64,000 bases of DNA from Dictyostelium discoideum (taxonomy: Eukaryota): assembly GCA_000004695.1 (NCBI GenBank), contig CM000153.2, forward strand, positions 2,112,001 through 2,176,000, written 5' to 3'. How positions within the stretch are numbered: the first letter of the stretch is position 1; every line of letters begins with the position of its first letter. The translations under genes and the position numbers were made by a program. The notes below the pieces were generated by a model. The model was not told where the DNA came from and did not search any database. It saw only the letters and a program-made list of their open reading frames with translations. Shown here piece after piece: positions 55,103 to 64,000 of this stretch.

Positions 55103-57656
55103 TTAAGATTTAATTTTAAACATTTAATATTTTTTATTTCAACAATTTTAGTATTTTTATTATCATTTATTTTATCAAATTATATAAAAGCATTGTTATT
55201 ATCATCATTTGATATTGATGTTTATTCAAAATATATTAAATCACCGAATCAATCAATGATTAGTTATTTTAGAATTAAAGAAAATGCTGACTCATTTCAA
55301 TCAGACTCAAATGATGGTATTATAAAGAGTACAATTGATGAAGTTCAATTAAAAAATCAAATTGAGAATTATCAAGATAAAAATTTTCAATTAAAAAGTT
55401 TTTTAGTTAAAAATCAATTTTTTATAATATTTTTAATTTTACAAAGTATTTTATCAGTCATTTTAATACCAAATCTTTATTTCACCCCTTTTACTTTAAA
55501 TGTACTTGTAAATAGATTTACATTTGAATTTCTTCAACATCAATATATTATTTTAACCAAAATTAGATTATTTGAATATTATGGTATTTATTCTCAAAAT
55601 AGATTATTGGATGATCTATCATTATCATTTAGAAAGAAACAAAAAGCTTTATTAAAAAAGAATTTAAATTTCTTAAAATCATTTAAAAGTAAAGTTTTTA
55701 AAGATTTGGAAAAGAGAAAAGAAAATTCAATGCAAAATTGGATTACTTATACAACACTAGAATGGTTTTTAACTACATCCTCATTTGGTTATGATTTAAT
55801 GATTTACATTTATCCATTATTCATTTATAATCCTTTAATTTATCCAACTAATCAATTTAGAGGTTGTATTGTTGCTTATGTTAAAACATTAACAATTATA
55901 CAAAGAGTAAATATATAAATATTTTTTGAAATTTTATTTATATTTATATGTATTAAAATTTTTTTATTTTTTTTTATTTTTTTTAGTTATCAACAGAATC
56001 AGAAATTAAAGATTATATTAAAAGAATCCAACATTCTGTAGAATATATTGATGGTTGTATAATTGATTTAAAAAAGAGAGAGAAAAAAGGAGTTTTACCA
56101 TGTGTTGATTCAATTATTGGAATTTGTAAACATTTAGAAAAAACAATTTATTGTGATAAAAGTAATCCAAAAAATCATTTTATTTATAAATTAGTATCTG
56201 TACATCTCCAAGGTTTACCAGATGAAGATATTGGTGAATATAAAAGAAAAGTACTCTTAGATCATACTTTAGGTGCAATTGTTAATTTTTTTATGCCTGC
56301 AATTAGAAAACTAATAAGATATCATTACAGTTTAATTCCAATTGCTCCAAAAGAAATAGGTGTAAGTTTTTATTTTATATTCTATTTAATATTATTTATA
56401 ATATTAATTGCTAACAATAATATATTATTAAAATTAATTAAAATTGAATAAAAAAAGTTATGGAGAATACCAAATGGTGATGATATTTATAGATTTCATA
56501 TTTATTATTTTACATCAACAACAATGCATCCAATGGATTTACAAGAATTAGGTTTAAAAGAAATTGAATCTTGTAAAAAGAAAATAATTGAATTGGTACA
56601 ACCAGAGTATATTTTTTGTAAAGGTTATGAAAGTTTTGGTGATTTTATTAGAAGATTATTTAATGATCCTGAATTTCATTTCTCTTTCACAAAAAAGGGA
56701 AGAAGAGATGCAGTACATCAATTAAAAAATTCAATTACAAGAGCATGGGAAAAAAGTAAAGATTTATTTTATGAATATCCTGAAAGTCCAATTAATATAG
56801 ATTATTATACAATTTTCTCTGATGTTTCATATAATTATCAAGCTGGTCCATGGGATGGTGTAAATATTTTAATTAATTTTATTTTATTTTATTTTTAAAT
56901 ATAAAATATACTAATTAATTAATTTATATATGTAGAGTGAAAATCCAAGAATTTCAATTAATTTCGATAGAGAAATTACTTATTCAAAATTAATGAATAA
57001 AGGTTGTGCATTTAGAGAAGGTGTACCAGGTCATCATTTACAATTAGAAGCATTTAAAAATTCAAATTTAGATTTCTTTAGAAAAAATTTGGTATGTAAT
57101 AATATAATTTTAATTTAAATTAAAAACATTATTTATTATTTATTGTTTTTTTTTTTATATAAATATTTAGATTTCAAATTCATTTTTTAATGGATGGGGA
57201 TTATATGCAGAATTATTAACAATTGAAAATGGTTGGATGGATAATAAATGGGAAGTGTTGGGACATTATTTAATGGATTTAAGAATTAGTGCAAAATTAG
57301 TAGCAGATTGTTCAATTCATTACCAAGGTATTAAATGGGATACAAAAACTGCATGTTCATTTTTTGAAGAATTAGGTTTTAGCAATAGAGAAGCAGAATT
57401 AGAAGTAAAATGTATATCATCATTACCAGGAACTGGATTATCACAAAAAGTAGGTCAAGTTAAACTTTTAGAAATGAGAGAATTTGCAGAACAAGAATTG
57501 GGTGATAAATTTGATATTAAAGAGTTTCATAGTGTAATTTTAGAGAATGGTTCTCTACCTTTAGATATTTTGGCACAAGTTAATCAATATTGGATAATTG
57601 AAAAAAAACAAAATAATAATCCATTCCCTTCATTATTTAAAAATAAAACTAATATT

Positions 57657-57729
<73 letters not shown>

Positions 57730-57809
57730 TTAATAATAATAGTGGCAGTAGTGGAAGTAGTGGAAGTAATGTTAAACCCGAAAAATATGAAAGTTATAAA
57801 GATAAATAA
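55100..57809 (+). CDS. DUF885-family protein (bacterial-type putative metallopeptidase fold) with N-terminal TM extension; 5 exons, about 792 aa
   Basis: Exon 1 is 55100-55906 (ORF 55100..55918, MLRFNFKHLIFFISTILVFLLSFIL...YIYPLFIYNPLIYPTNQF...then AGA|gtaaat). Exon 2 is 55987-56361 (LSTESEIKDYIKRIQHSVEYIDGCIIDLKKREKKGVLPCVDS...IPIAPKEIG then gtaagt). Exon 3 is 56458-56859 (LWRIPNGDDIYRFHIYYFTSTTMHPMDLQELGLKEIE...AGPWDG then gtaaat). Exon 4 is 56936-57091 (SENPRISINFDREITYSKLMNKGCAFREGVPGHHLQLEAFKNSNLDFFRKNL then gtatgt). Exon 5 is 57171-57809 (ISNSFFNGWGLYAELLTIENGWMDNKWEVLGHYLMDLRISAKLVADCSIHYQGIKWD...poly-N...). The E.PGHH.Q motif and the (W/Y)..E...G(W/Y) and H..G block are diagnostic for DUF885 (Pfam PF05960). 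Confidence 0.75.
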
Positions 57810-58032
57810 ATAAAAAATTTACCTTTATTAATAAATGTTAATTTCTTTTTTTTTTTTTTTTTTTATTTTTTTTTTTTTTTTTTTTTATTTTATTTTTTTT
57901 TTTTTTTATATCGTCCCTAATAACATATTAGATTGTTTAGAAAAAATAATTTGTAAATATATATATATATGAGAGTAAATGTACAACTGTTATAGATTTT
58001 TTTTTTTTTTGTTATTATTATAATTATTATTA

Positions 58033-58567
58033 TTATTTTTGAATCATTGGTTTAATTGGAGTAATTGGATGTTCAATCTCTAAAATTGAAGGATCAGGAT
58101 TTTTGATAAAAATTTGTTGAAAGAATGAAATTAAATTAAATACAATAGTATTTGCATTTGCAATTTCTTGGATGTCACCTTTTTCAATATTTGGTCTTAA
58201 TAAACTAGGGCCATATACAATTGATAAATTACTTGGAGTCATTAAATTTTCTTTAGAGTTTAATGAAATATCATGTAATAAAGATATACATTCATAAAGA
58301 ATTGTATATTGGAAATTTGGAATTGAATTAACAACTGCTTTTAATGCTGCTGCTTTTTCAGTTGCATCTGTAATATTATTTTGAATTCTATAAAATTCTG
58401 TAATTCTATTTAAAAATAAAAAAATATATATATAATTAATATTAATTAAAATATATAATTATTAATAGTATTAATAAATATTTAATACATACTGTTCATC
58501 TGGAATAACTGAATGAGGTAAATATCTAAAATATGATTTGAAAATACATGCAACTATAGTTTTTTTG

Positions 58568-58624
<57 letters not shown>

Positions 58625-59619
58625 GTTAATAAAATATTAATAATTTAAAATTAAAATTAAGTATATATATATTTACCTTCATAAATCCAATTTGGATCTA
58701 AATCTTCAACTGAAGTAATTAAACCTTTATCGAATTTTGATTGAATTTCATCGATTAAAAATTTTGATCCGCTAATCCTAAAGATTCCTTCAATATTTTT
58801 TCTTCTTGAAATGAATTCAATGCAAACTTTTAAAAGATGTGGAATACCTTTTTCTTTGGCAGTTTTAAAAGATTCTTCCAATTCTACAGCAAAGAAAATG
58901 GTTGGAATTTCTGCTGAAACTGTTATCATCTCCTCTTCTTTTGGTGATGATTTCATTGCATCAAGTACTGTAATTGGTGTATTATAAATACCTTGAGTTG
59001 TGTATGAAAAGAATTCCAATACTCCTACTGCTGGTAAAATTACAACACTATAATAAATAATAATAATAAATAATAATAAAATTAATAATTGAAAAAAAAA
59101 AAAAAAAAAAAAAAGAGTTGATTTAATTATGTTTACATACCCACTAACACCTTTTGCTACACCTTTGACAAAACCACCCAATCCATTGTTTTTGGCACCT
59201 AGATATGGTTGTTCAACAATACCTTTAGCACCATTAACAACACCAACACCAATACTCCATACACCTCTTAATGCACCATCAACAAATGTTTTTGGTTTTA
59301 CTGGTGTAGTTGATGTTGATGATGATGATGGATTACTAGAACTACTATCAACTGATGAATTATCGTCAATTTCATTATTTTCTGCAACTTTTGATACTTG
59401 TTGATCTGTATTTGCTGTTGTTGTTGTTGTTGTTGTTGTTGTTGATATACTCTTTAAATTTCCAAAAAAGGTATTTGATCCTCTTTTTTTTTTTTTTTTT
59501 TTTTTTATTTTAATATTGGATATTTTTAATTAGATATTTTTAATTAGATATTTATTTTTTACATACTTTGAAAAATTATCACTTCCTTTTCTATATACAT
59601 TTTGATCTTTACTCTCCAT
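58033..59619 (-). CDS. RhoGAP-domain protein with N-terminal Gly-rich VPS13-type motif, 5 exons
   Basis: Exon 1 is 59567-59619 (MESKDQNVYRKGSDNFS then AA|gtatgt). Exon 2 is about 59129-59478 (K-GSNTFFGNLKSISTTTTTTTTANTDQQ...FVDGALRGVWSIGVGVVNGAKGIVEQPYLGAKNNGLGGFVKGVAKGVSG then gtatgt). Exon 3 is about 58690-59038 (GVVILPAVGVLEFFSYTTQGIYNTPITVLD...EKGIPHLLKVCIEFISRRKNIEGIFRISGSKFLIDEIQSKFDKG...). Exon 4 is about 58496-58557 (VACIFKSYFRYLPHSVIPDEQ, phase-2 donor CA|gtatgt). Exon 5 is 58033-about 58412 (ITEFYRIQNNITDATEKAAALKAVVNSIPNFQYTILYECISLLHDISLNSKENLMTPSNLSIVYGPSLLRP...). GIFR.SG supplies the arginine finger, and NLSIVYGPSLLR matches the N(L/M)A(I/V)VFGP.L(L/M)R RhoGAP signature. Confidence 0.8.
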
Positions 59620-60314
59620 TTTTTTTTTATTTATATTTTATTAATTTCTATTATATGAATGAATTTATAAATATTTTATTATTATATTTTTTTTTTTTTG
59701 TTTTTTTTTGGTTCTTTTATACTGTTTTTATTTTGTTTTTTGTTTTTTTTTTAAAGAGATTTTATAATTGTTTTCAAAAGAAAAGAAAAAAATAAAAAAA
59801 AAATGGTTTGGTTCCAAGGGTTTGTTTTAAATTAAAAAATAAAAAATAAAAAAAATTAAAAAAAAAATAAAAAAAAAAATGAAATTAAGTCGCGTTCCAC
59901 GCAAAAATTTAATACCCATGTAAAAGAATCTTTTTATTATGGATTTCTTATATCCATTTTCATTGAATTTTTTAAAATTTTAATCTTTAAAAAAAAATAA
60001 AAAAAATAAAAAAAAATAATAATAATATTAAAAAACAATAATTAATAAAACTAAAAATAACTTTTTTTAAAAAAAAAAAATAATAGAGTAATAAAAAATA
60101 AATAAAAAAAAATAAAAAAAATAAAAATAAAAAATAAAAAAAAAAAAAAAATTAAAAAAAAAAAAAATAAAAAAAAAATAAAAAAAAGTTTTAATTCTCG
60201 AAATTACATAAACTATCTTCATTATACCAAAACATTTATACATAATATACAGAATAAATCAAACCTATAGATATTATTATTATTGTTACCTTTATAATTA
60301 TTATATTTAAAAGA

Positions 60315-61545
60315 ATGTCAGAAAAAGAAACAATTGAATCATTAAAAGAAGAGATTGAAATACATGATAGAAATAAAAGTAATAAAGGATATTTACCAAA
60401 AGAATCATATAACCAAGTTACATACGATTATTCAAAAGAAGAAGAACAAGCTAAACTTGCACATTTACCAAAAAAATATTTAAAAGAATCTGAAAATGAT
60501 GATAAACATTTTATAGACCCACTAGCTAATTTAACACCAGCTCAAAGAAAAGTTTATGAATTAAGAAAGAAATTAGTAAGTTTTTTTTTTATATTTATTT
60601 TTATTATATATATATATATATCTTTCTCTTTCTCTTTCTCTTTCTCTTTCTCTTTCCTCTCTCTTCCCTCTTTCTCTTTCCCTCTCTTCCTCTTTCTCTC
60701 TTCCCTCTTTCTCTTTCACTCTTTCTCTTTCACTCTTTCTCTTTCACTCTTTCTCTTTCACTCTTTCTCTTTCACTCTTTCTCTTTCACTCTTTCTCTTT
60801 CACTCTTTCTCTTTCACTCTCTCTTTCCCTCTTCCTCTTTCTCTCTTTCCCTCTCTCTCTTTCTCTCTTGCCCTTTTTTTTATTTTAGAAATATTAATTT
60901 TTTTTTTTTTTTTTTTAAAAAAAGGAAACAACAAAAAGTGTAATATATAAAAGTGTAGTTGATGAACATAAAAGGATACATCAAGGAGCACAAGATGAAA
61001 TTGAAGAAAAGAAAAGATTATATAAAGAGAAAATTAAACAAGAAGAAGAAGAAATGAAGAAACAAGGATTAGATCCTCAAAAAGAAAGATTAAAAAATCA
61101 AATAGCCGAAGAAATTAAACCAAACAAAAAAGAGAAAAAGAAAGATTCAATAGTAAAAGATAAAAGTAATACATATTCAGATGAACATGTTTATAATTCC
61201 TATAAGAAAAGGGTGAAAGAAATGGAGAAATTTCATAATAGTGAACATTTTAAAAAGGTTGTTTCAAATGAAGATGTCAAAGAATCTGGTGATTCAATTA
61301 ATAATAATAAATATGAATATGGTAAATCAATTGAAATACCACGTGATAATATTAATGCAATGAAACAAGAGTTATTGAAAAATCAAGAAAATCGTCGTAG
61401 CTTTAAAAGAAAATCATTTAAAGAAGAAGAAGATATCAACTATATCAATGAAGAAAATAGACTTTTCAATCAAAAAGTTTCACGTGCTTATGATAAATAT
61501 ACTGTTGAAACTAGACAAAATTTAGAAAGAGGTACAGCTCTTTAA
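60315..61545 (+). CDS. syf2: Pre-mRNA-splicing factor SYF2 (p29), 2 exons
   Basis: Exon 1 is 60315-60575 (MSEKETIESLKEEIEIHDRNKSNKGYLPKESYNQVTYDYSKEEEQAKLAHLPKKYLKESENDDKHFIDPLANLTPAQRKVYELRKKL then gtaagt). Exon 2 is 60925-61545 (acceptor aaaaaaag; ETTKSVIYKSVVDEHKRIHQGAQDE...DINYINEENRLFNQKVSRAYDKYTVETRQNLERGTAL stop). The C-terminal INYINE.N..FN.K..R.Y.KYT.E(I/T)..N.ERGTA(L/V) is the conserved SYF2 signature. The interior of ORF 60315..60950 (FSFSFSF...) is intron read-through. Confidence 0.88.
60618..60860. repeat. CT-rich minisatellite (about 14-nt unit TCTCTTTCACTCTT, about 8 good copies plus degenerate flanking copies) inside the syf2 intron
   Basis: ctctttctctttcactctttctctttcactc... 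seen at 60618-60860. It is polypyrimidine on the + (sense) strand. Confidence 0.85.
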
Positions 61546-61650
61546 AAAAAAAAAAAAACAACAACACAATAAATTAATTAAAAATAATTAATATTGTGTA
61601 CTTCATATTACTTTTTATAATTTTATTTTATCTTTTATTTTATCTTTTAT

Positions 61651-63669
61651 TTATTTATCAGCAGTTGTGGTGGTTGTTGTTGTTGGTTCAATTGAATCAG
61701 TAGTAGTAGTAGTAGTAGTAGTAGTAGTTTGATCTGAATCAGTTGGTTTAGAATGAATATATTCACATTTATCACCTTTGAAACATTTATTATGAATGAA
61801 ATATATACAATTTGTTGTAGTTGGATTTTTCTTTTTTTTATTTTGATTTCTATTTTTTTTATTTTCACCAACATTTGCTTCATCAGAGGAGCGTTTTTTT
61901 GTTGATTTACCACCAGTTGCTCTTGAACCAGGGCCCCAATTTTCTTTTGGATTTGGGAAATATTTTGGAACATCAGGATGTTCACCTTTTGCTAATGGAT
62001 TTTTAGTGAAATCAATTTTATTTTTTGGTTCTTGAGATAGAATATGATTGGCAGGTGAATCTGGACCAAGATTTTTTGGAGGATGATCCTTTGCATAGGT
62101 TCTAAAGATATCCCAAAGGAATTGAAATGGTGCATCGGTTTTAATTGATGGTAAAACATGAGAGGAACTAACTTTGTAACCACCATTTAAGATTGCACTT
62201 TTGATCATTGCAGTTGGTGGAGTTGATAAATGAAGTGTATGAGTGAAATGATCAGATTTGAAATAAAACATTTGATCTGGTAATTCATCGATAACCGATG
62301 TTAAAACACCATACATACGACGAGAGGTATTGAAAGTTGTTGGATTCTTCTCGAGGAAGGATATAGCTTGTTTACAAAAGTCAACATTGTGGATTCTTTT
62401 AGCCCAAAATGGACCGGCGAATTGGTATTGTTTGGTGCAATGTTGGCAATGAGAGCCCACCTCTTTATTCAATAGTGGTACTTTGTATTTGATGGAATTG
62501 CCCTCCTCTTTTACCACACCAGTTGGTTGAATATGAAAACTACCACAACCAATACAACTGAAAATATTGGCCATCTTTGAGAGGGCTTTCTTGGCCTCCA
62601 ATGGTGAAGAATAGACACGAACAAACACACGTACATAGAAATCTACACTTAGGGAGAGTATTGGTACAATGTGTCTTTTGTAACGATTGGCATGTTGTTC
62701 AATTGAGTGTAGAAGAATACGCAAGCCCATCTCATGGCAAAAACCAGCACGATGAACTGGCACACTTTGATATTTATGAAAACAAGCCTCTGGATAACTA
62801 CCACATAATACAGCGGTATCAGTGGCGGTGACACATAGCAAACCACCATCTGCAACCGCTTGGACTGCACTATCCAAAAATTGGGTTGGTGCGCCGTATG
62901 GATCGACATCGACGACGTCGTATTGTTTACTATGTGTTCTATTCTCCATCATTACCATTGTGGCATCACCTAGATTTGGTTTAATACGTTCCTCTGGTAC
63001 ACCATTGTATTCTCTATTCTTTACGATTGAATCCACAGCAGTTTGTAAAATATCATTGGCTAAAATATAATCCAAATCATCTCCAATCTCTTTAGCATAA
63101 CGAATTGATCTTAATCCAGTAGCTGCCAATGCCTCTAAAACCCTAATCTTTTTAAATGGTTTACCACGTTCTAAACATTCTTTCTTTCTCTCTTCAATGA
63201 ATAATTTAATCATTAAAATTGACATATCTCTATTAAATTCTTGAACTGGATTATAAAATACTTCATTTTGATTATTATATAAAATTGTTGCTGAATTTTC
63301 AATAACTGTTACAATATTTGATTGTTCTTTAGTTTCATTATTTTCTTTTTCTTTTTGTTGTGTTTCATCTACTGATGTTTTATTAGTTGCAGTGGTTGTT
63401 TCTAATGTTGACTCTTCTTTTGGTTGTTCAACTACTTTAACTTCATTCATTTTAACATCTTCCATTTCTTTTATTATATTACTTATATTTTTTGATTTTA
63501 AAATTGAACTACTACTGAATGATAAAAAATTATTATTATTACTTTTTAAATGATTAATTGATGTTGAATTGATAAAAATACTATTACTATTATTATTTTG
63601 GAAGAATTTATTTGGATTTTGAATCAATAAACTATTTTTAACAATTTTATTTAATCGATTTGCTATCAT
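61651..63669 (-). CDS. trm1: tRNA (guanine26-N2)-dimethyltransferase TRM1 with C-terminal CCCH zinc finger, single exon, 672 aa
   Basis: ORF 61651..63669. The blocks FYNPVQEFNRDMSILMI, VLEALAATGLRSIRYAKEI, DVVDVDPYGAPTQFLDSAVQAVADGGLLCVTATDTAVLCG, CHEMGLRILLHSIEQHANRY and IVPILSLSVDFYVRVFVRVY are collinear with the Trm1 family. The C-terminal CIYFIHNKCFKGDKCEYIH is a C-x8-C-x5-C-x3-H finger like that of human TRMT1. Confidence 0.92.
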   Translation of the reverse strand: MIANRLNKIVKNSLLIQNPNKFFQNNNSNSIFINSTSINHLKSNNNNFLSFSSSSILKSKNISNIIKEMEDVKMNEVKVVEQPKEESTLETTTATNKTSVDETQQKEKENNETKEQSNIVTVIENSATILYNNQNEVFYNPVQEFNRDMSILMIKLFIEERKKECLERGKPFKKIRVLEALAATGLRSIRYAKEIGDDLDYILANDILQTAVDSIVKNREYNGVPEERIKPNLGDATMVMMENRTHSKQYDVVDVDPYGAPTQFLDSAVQAVADGGLLCVTATDTAVLCGSYPEACFHKYQSVPVHRAGFCHEMGLRILLHSIEQHANRYKRHIVPILSLSVDFYVRVFVRVYSSPLEAKKALSKMANIFSCIGCGSFHIQPTGVVKEEGNSIKYKVPLLNKEVGSHCQHCTKQYQFAGPFWAKRIHNVDFCKQAISFLEKNPTTFNTSRRMYGVLTSVIDELPDQMFYFKSDHFTHTLHLSTPPTAMIKSAILNGGYKVSSSHVLPSIKTDAPFQFLWDIFRTYAKDHPPKNLGPDSPANHILSQEPKNKIDFTKNPLAKGEHPDVPKYFPNPKENWGPGSRATGGKSTKKRSSDEANVGENKKNRNQNKKKKNPTTTNCIYFIHNKCFKGDKCEYIHSKPTDSDQTTTTTTTTTTDSIEPTTTTTTTADK

Positions 63670-64000
63670 AAGTTGTTTTTTTTTTTTTTTTTTTGAATAG
63701 AAATATCGAATATAGGTTTGGAAAAAAATATAAAATTAAAAAAAAAAAATACCGAATATCACTCAAAAACGATTTTTTTTTTTTTTTGTTAATTTTCAAA
63801 AAAATTTTTTTTTTTTTTTTTTTTTTTTCTTCTAAAAATAAATTGGTCAGACTGACAAAAATAAAAATAACTCTTTTTTTTTTTTTTTTTTAATAATCAT
63901 TTATTTTATTAATGCATGGGGTAGGTGTGTGAGAGATTAGTTAATTTTTTTTTTTCTTGATTTTTTTTTTTTTTTAATTTTTTTTTTTTTTTTTTTTTTT

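Noticed and set aside
62577-63070. Plus-strand ORFs inside trm1
   Set aside because: They are antisense to the TRM1 ORF, which has unambiguous family signatures.

Overview
This window is extremely AT-rich eukaryotic nuclear DNA with the hallmarks of Dictyostelium discoideum or a close dictyostelid. Intergenic DNA is almost pure A/T homopolymer. (AAT)n and (CAA)n triplet runs are read through as poly-Asn and poly-Gln inside genes. Introns are short, AT-rich and GT..AG with GTAAGT/GTATGT donors. A FNIP-repeat gene, a family largely restricted to this lineage, is present. It is not a prokaryotic locus, so I find no operon-style defence or CRISPR system, no rRNA or tRNA and no intact transposon. 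By reading the ORF track together with manual splice-site and phase checks I can support about 21 protein-coding genes. They are: a TMEM184-like transporter (partial); two tandem paralogues of a GBP/atlastin-like dynamin-superfamily GTPase; a hypothetical protein; a FNIP-repeat protein; a GT10 alpha-1,3-fucosyltransferase; ribosomal protein S13; a divergent G-protein alpha subunit; a cysteine-type LRR protein; splicing factor Cwc2; a cytochrome P450; a TMEM185-like membrane protein; a large CBS plus ankyrin protein; V-ATPase subunit C; a NOM1/Sgd1-like MIF4G/MA3 protein; a GT49 LARGE/B4GAT1-like glycosyltransferase; an AzgA/NCS2-like permease; a bacterial-type DUF885 protein; a RhoGAP; splicing factor SYF2; and tRNA methyltransferase TRM1 with a CCCH finger. 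The most unusual items are: the tandemly duplicated GBP-like GTPase pair; a G-alpha with a degenerate G5 box and a low-complexity C-terminal tail; the intron-bearing bacterial-type DUF885 gene; two lower-AT islands without ORFs (39.9-40.5 kb and 5.6-5.8 kb); a triple CA-rich motif upstream of the permease; and an atypical 349-bp CT-minisatellite intron in syf2. Coordinates of internal exon borders were derived by hand and may be off by a few nt.
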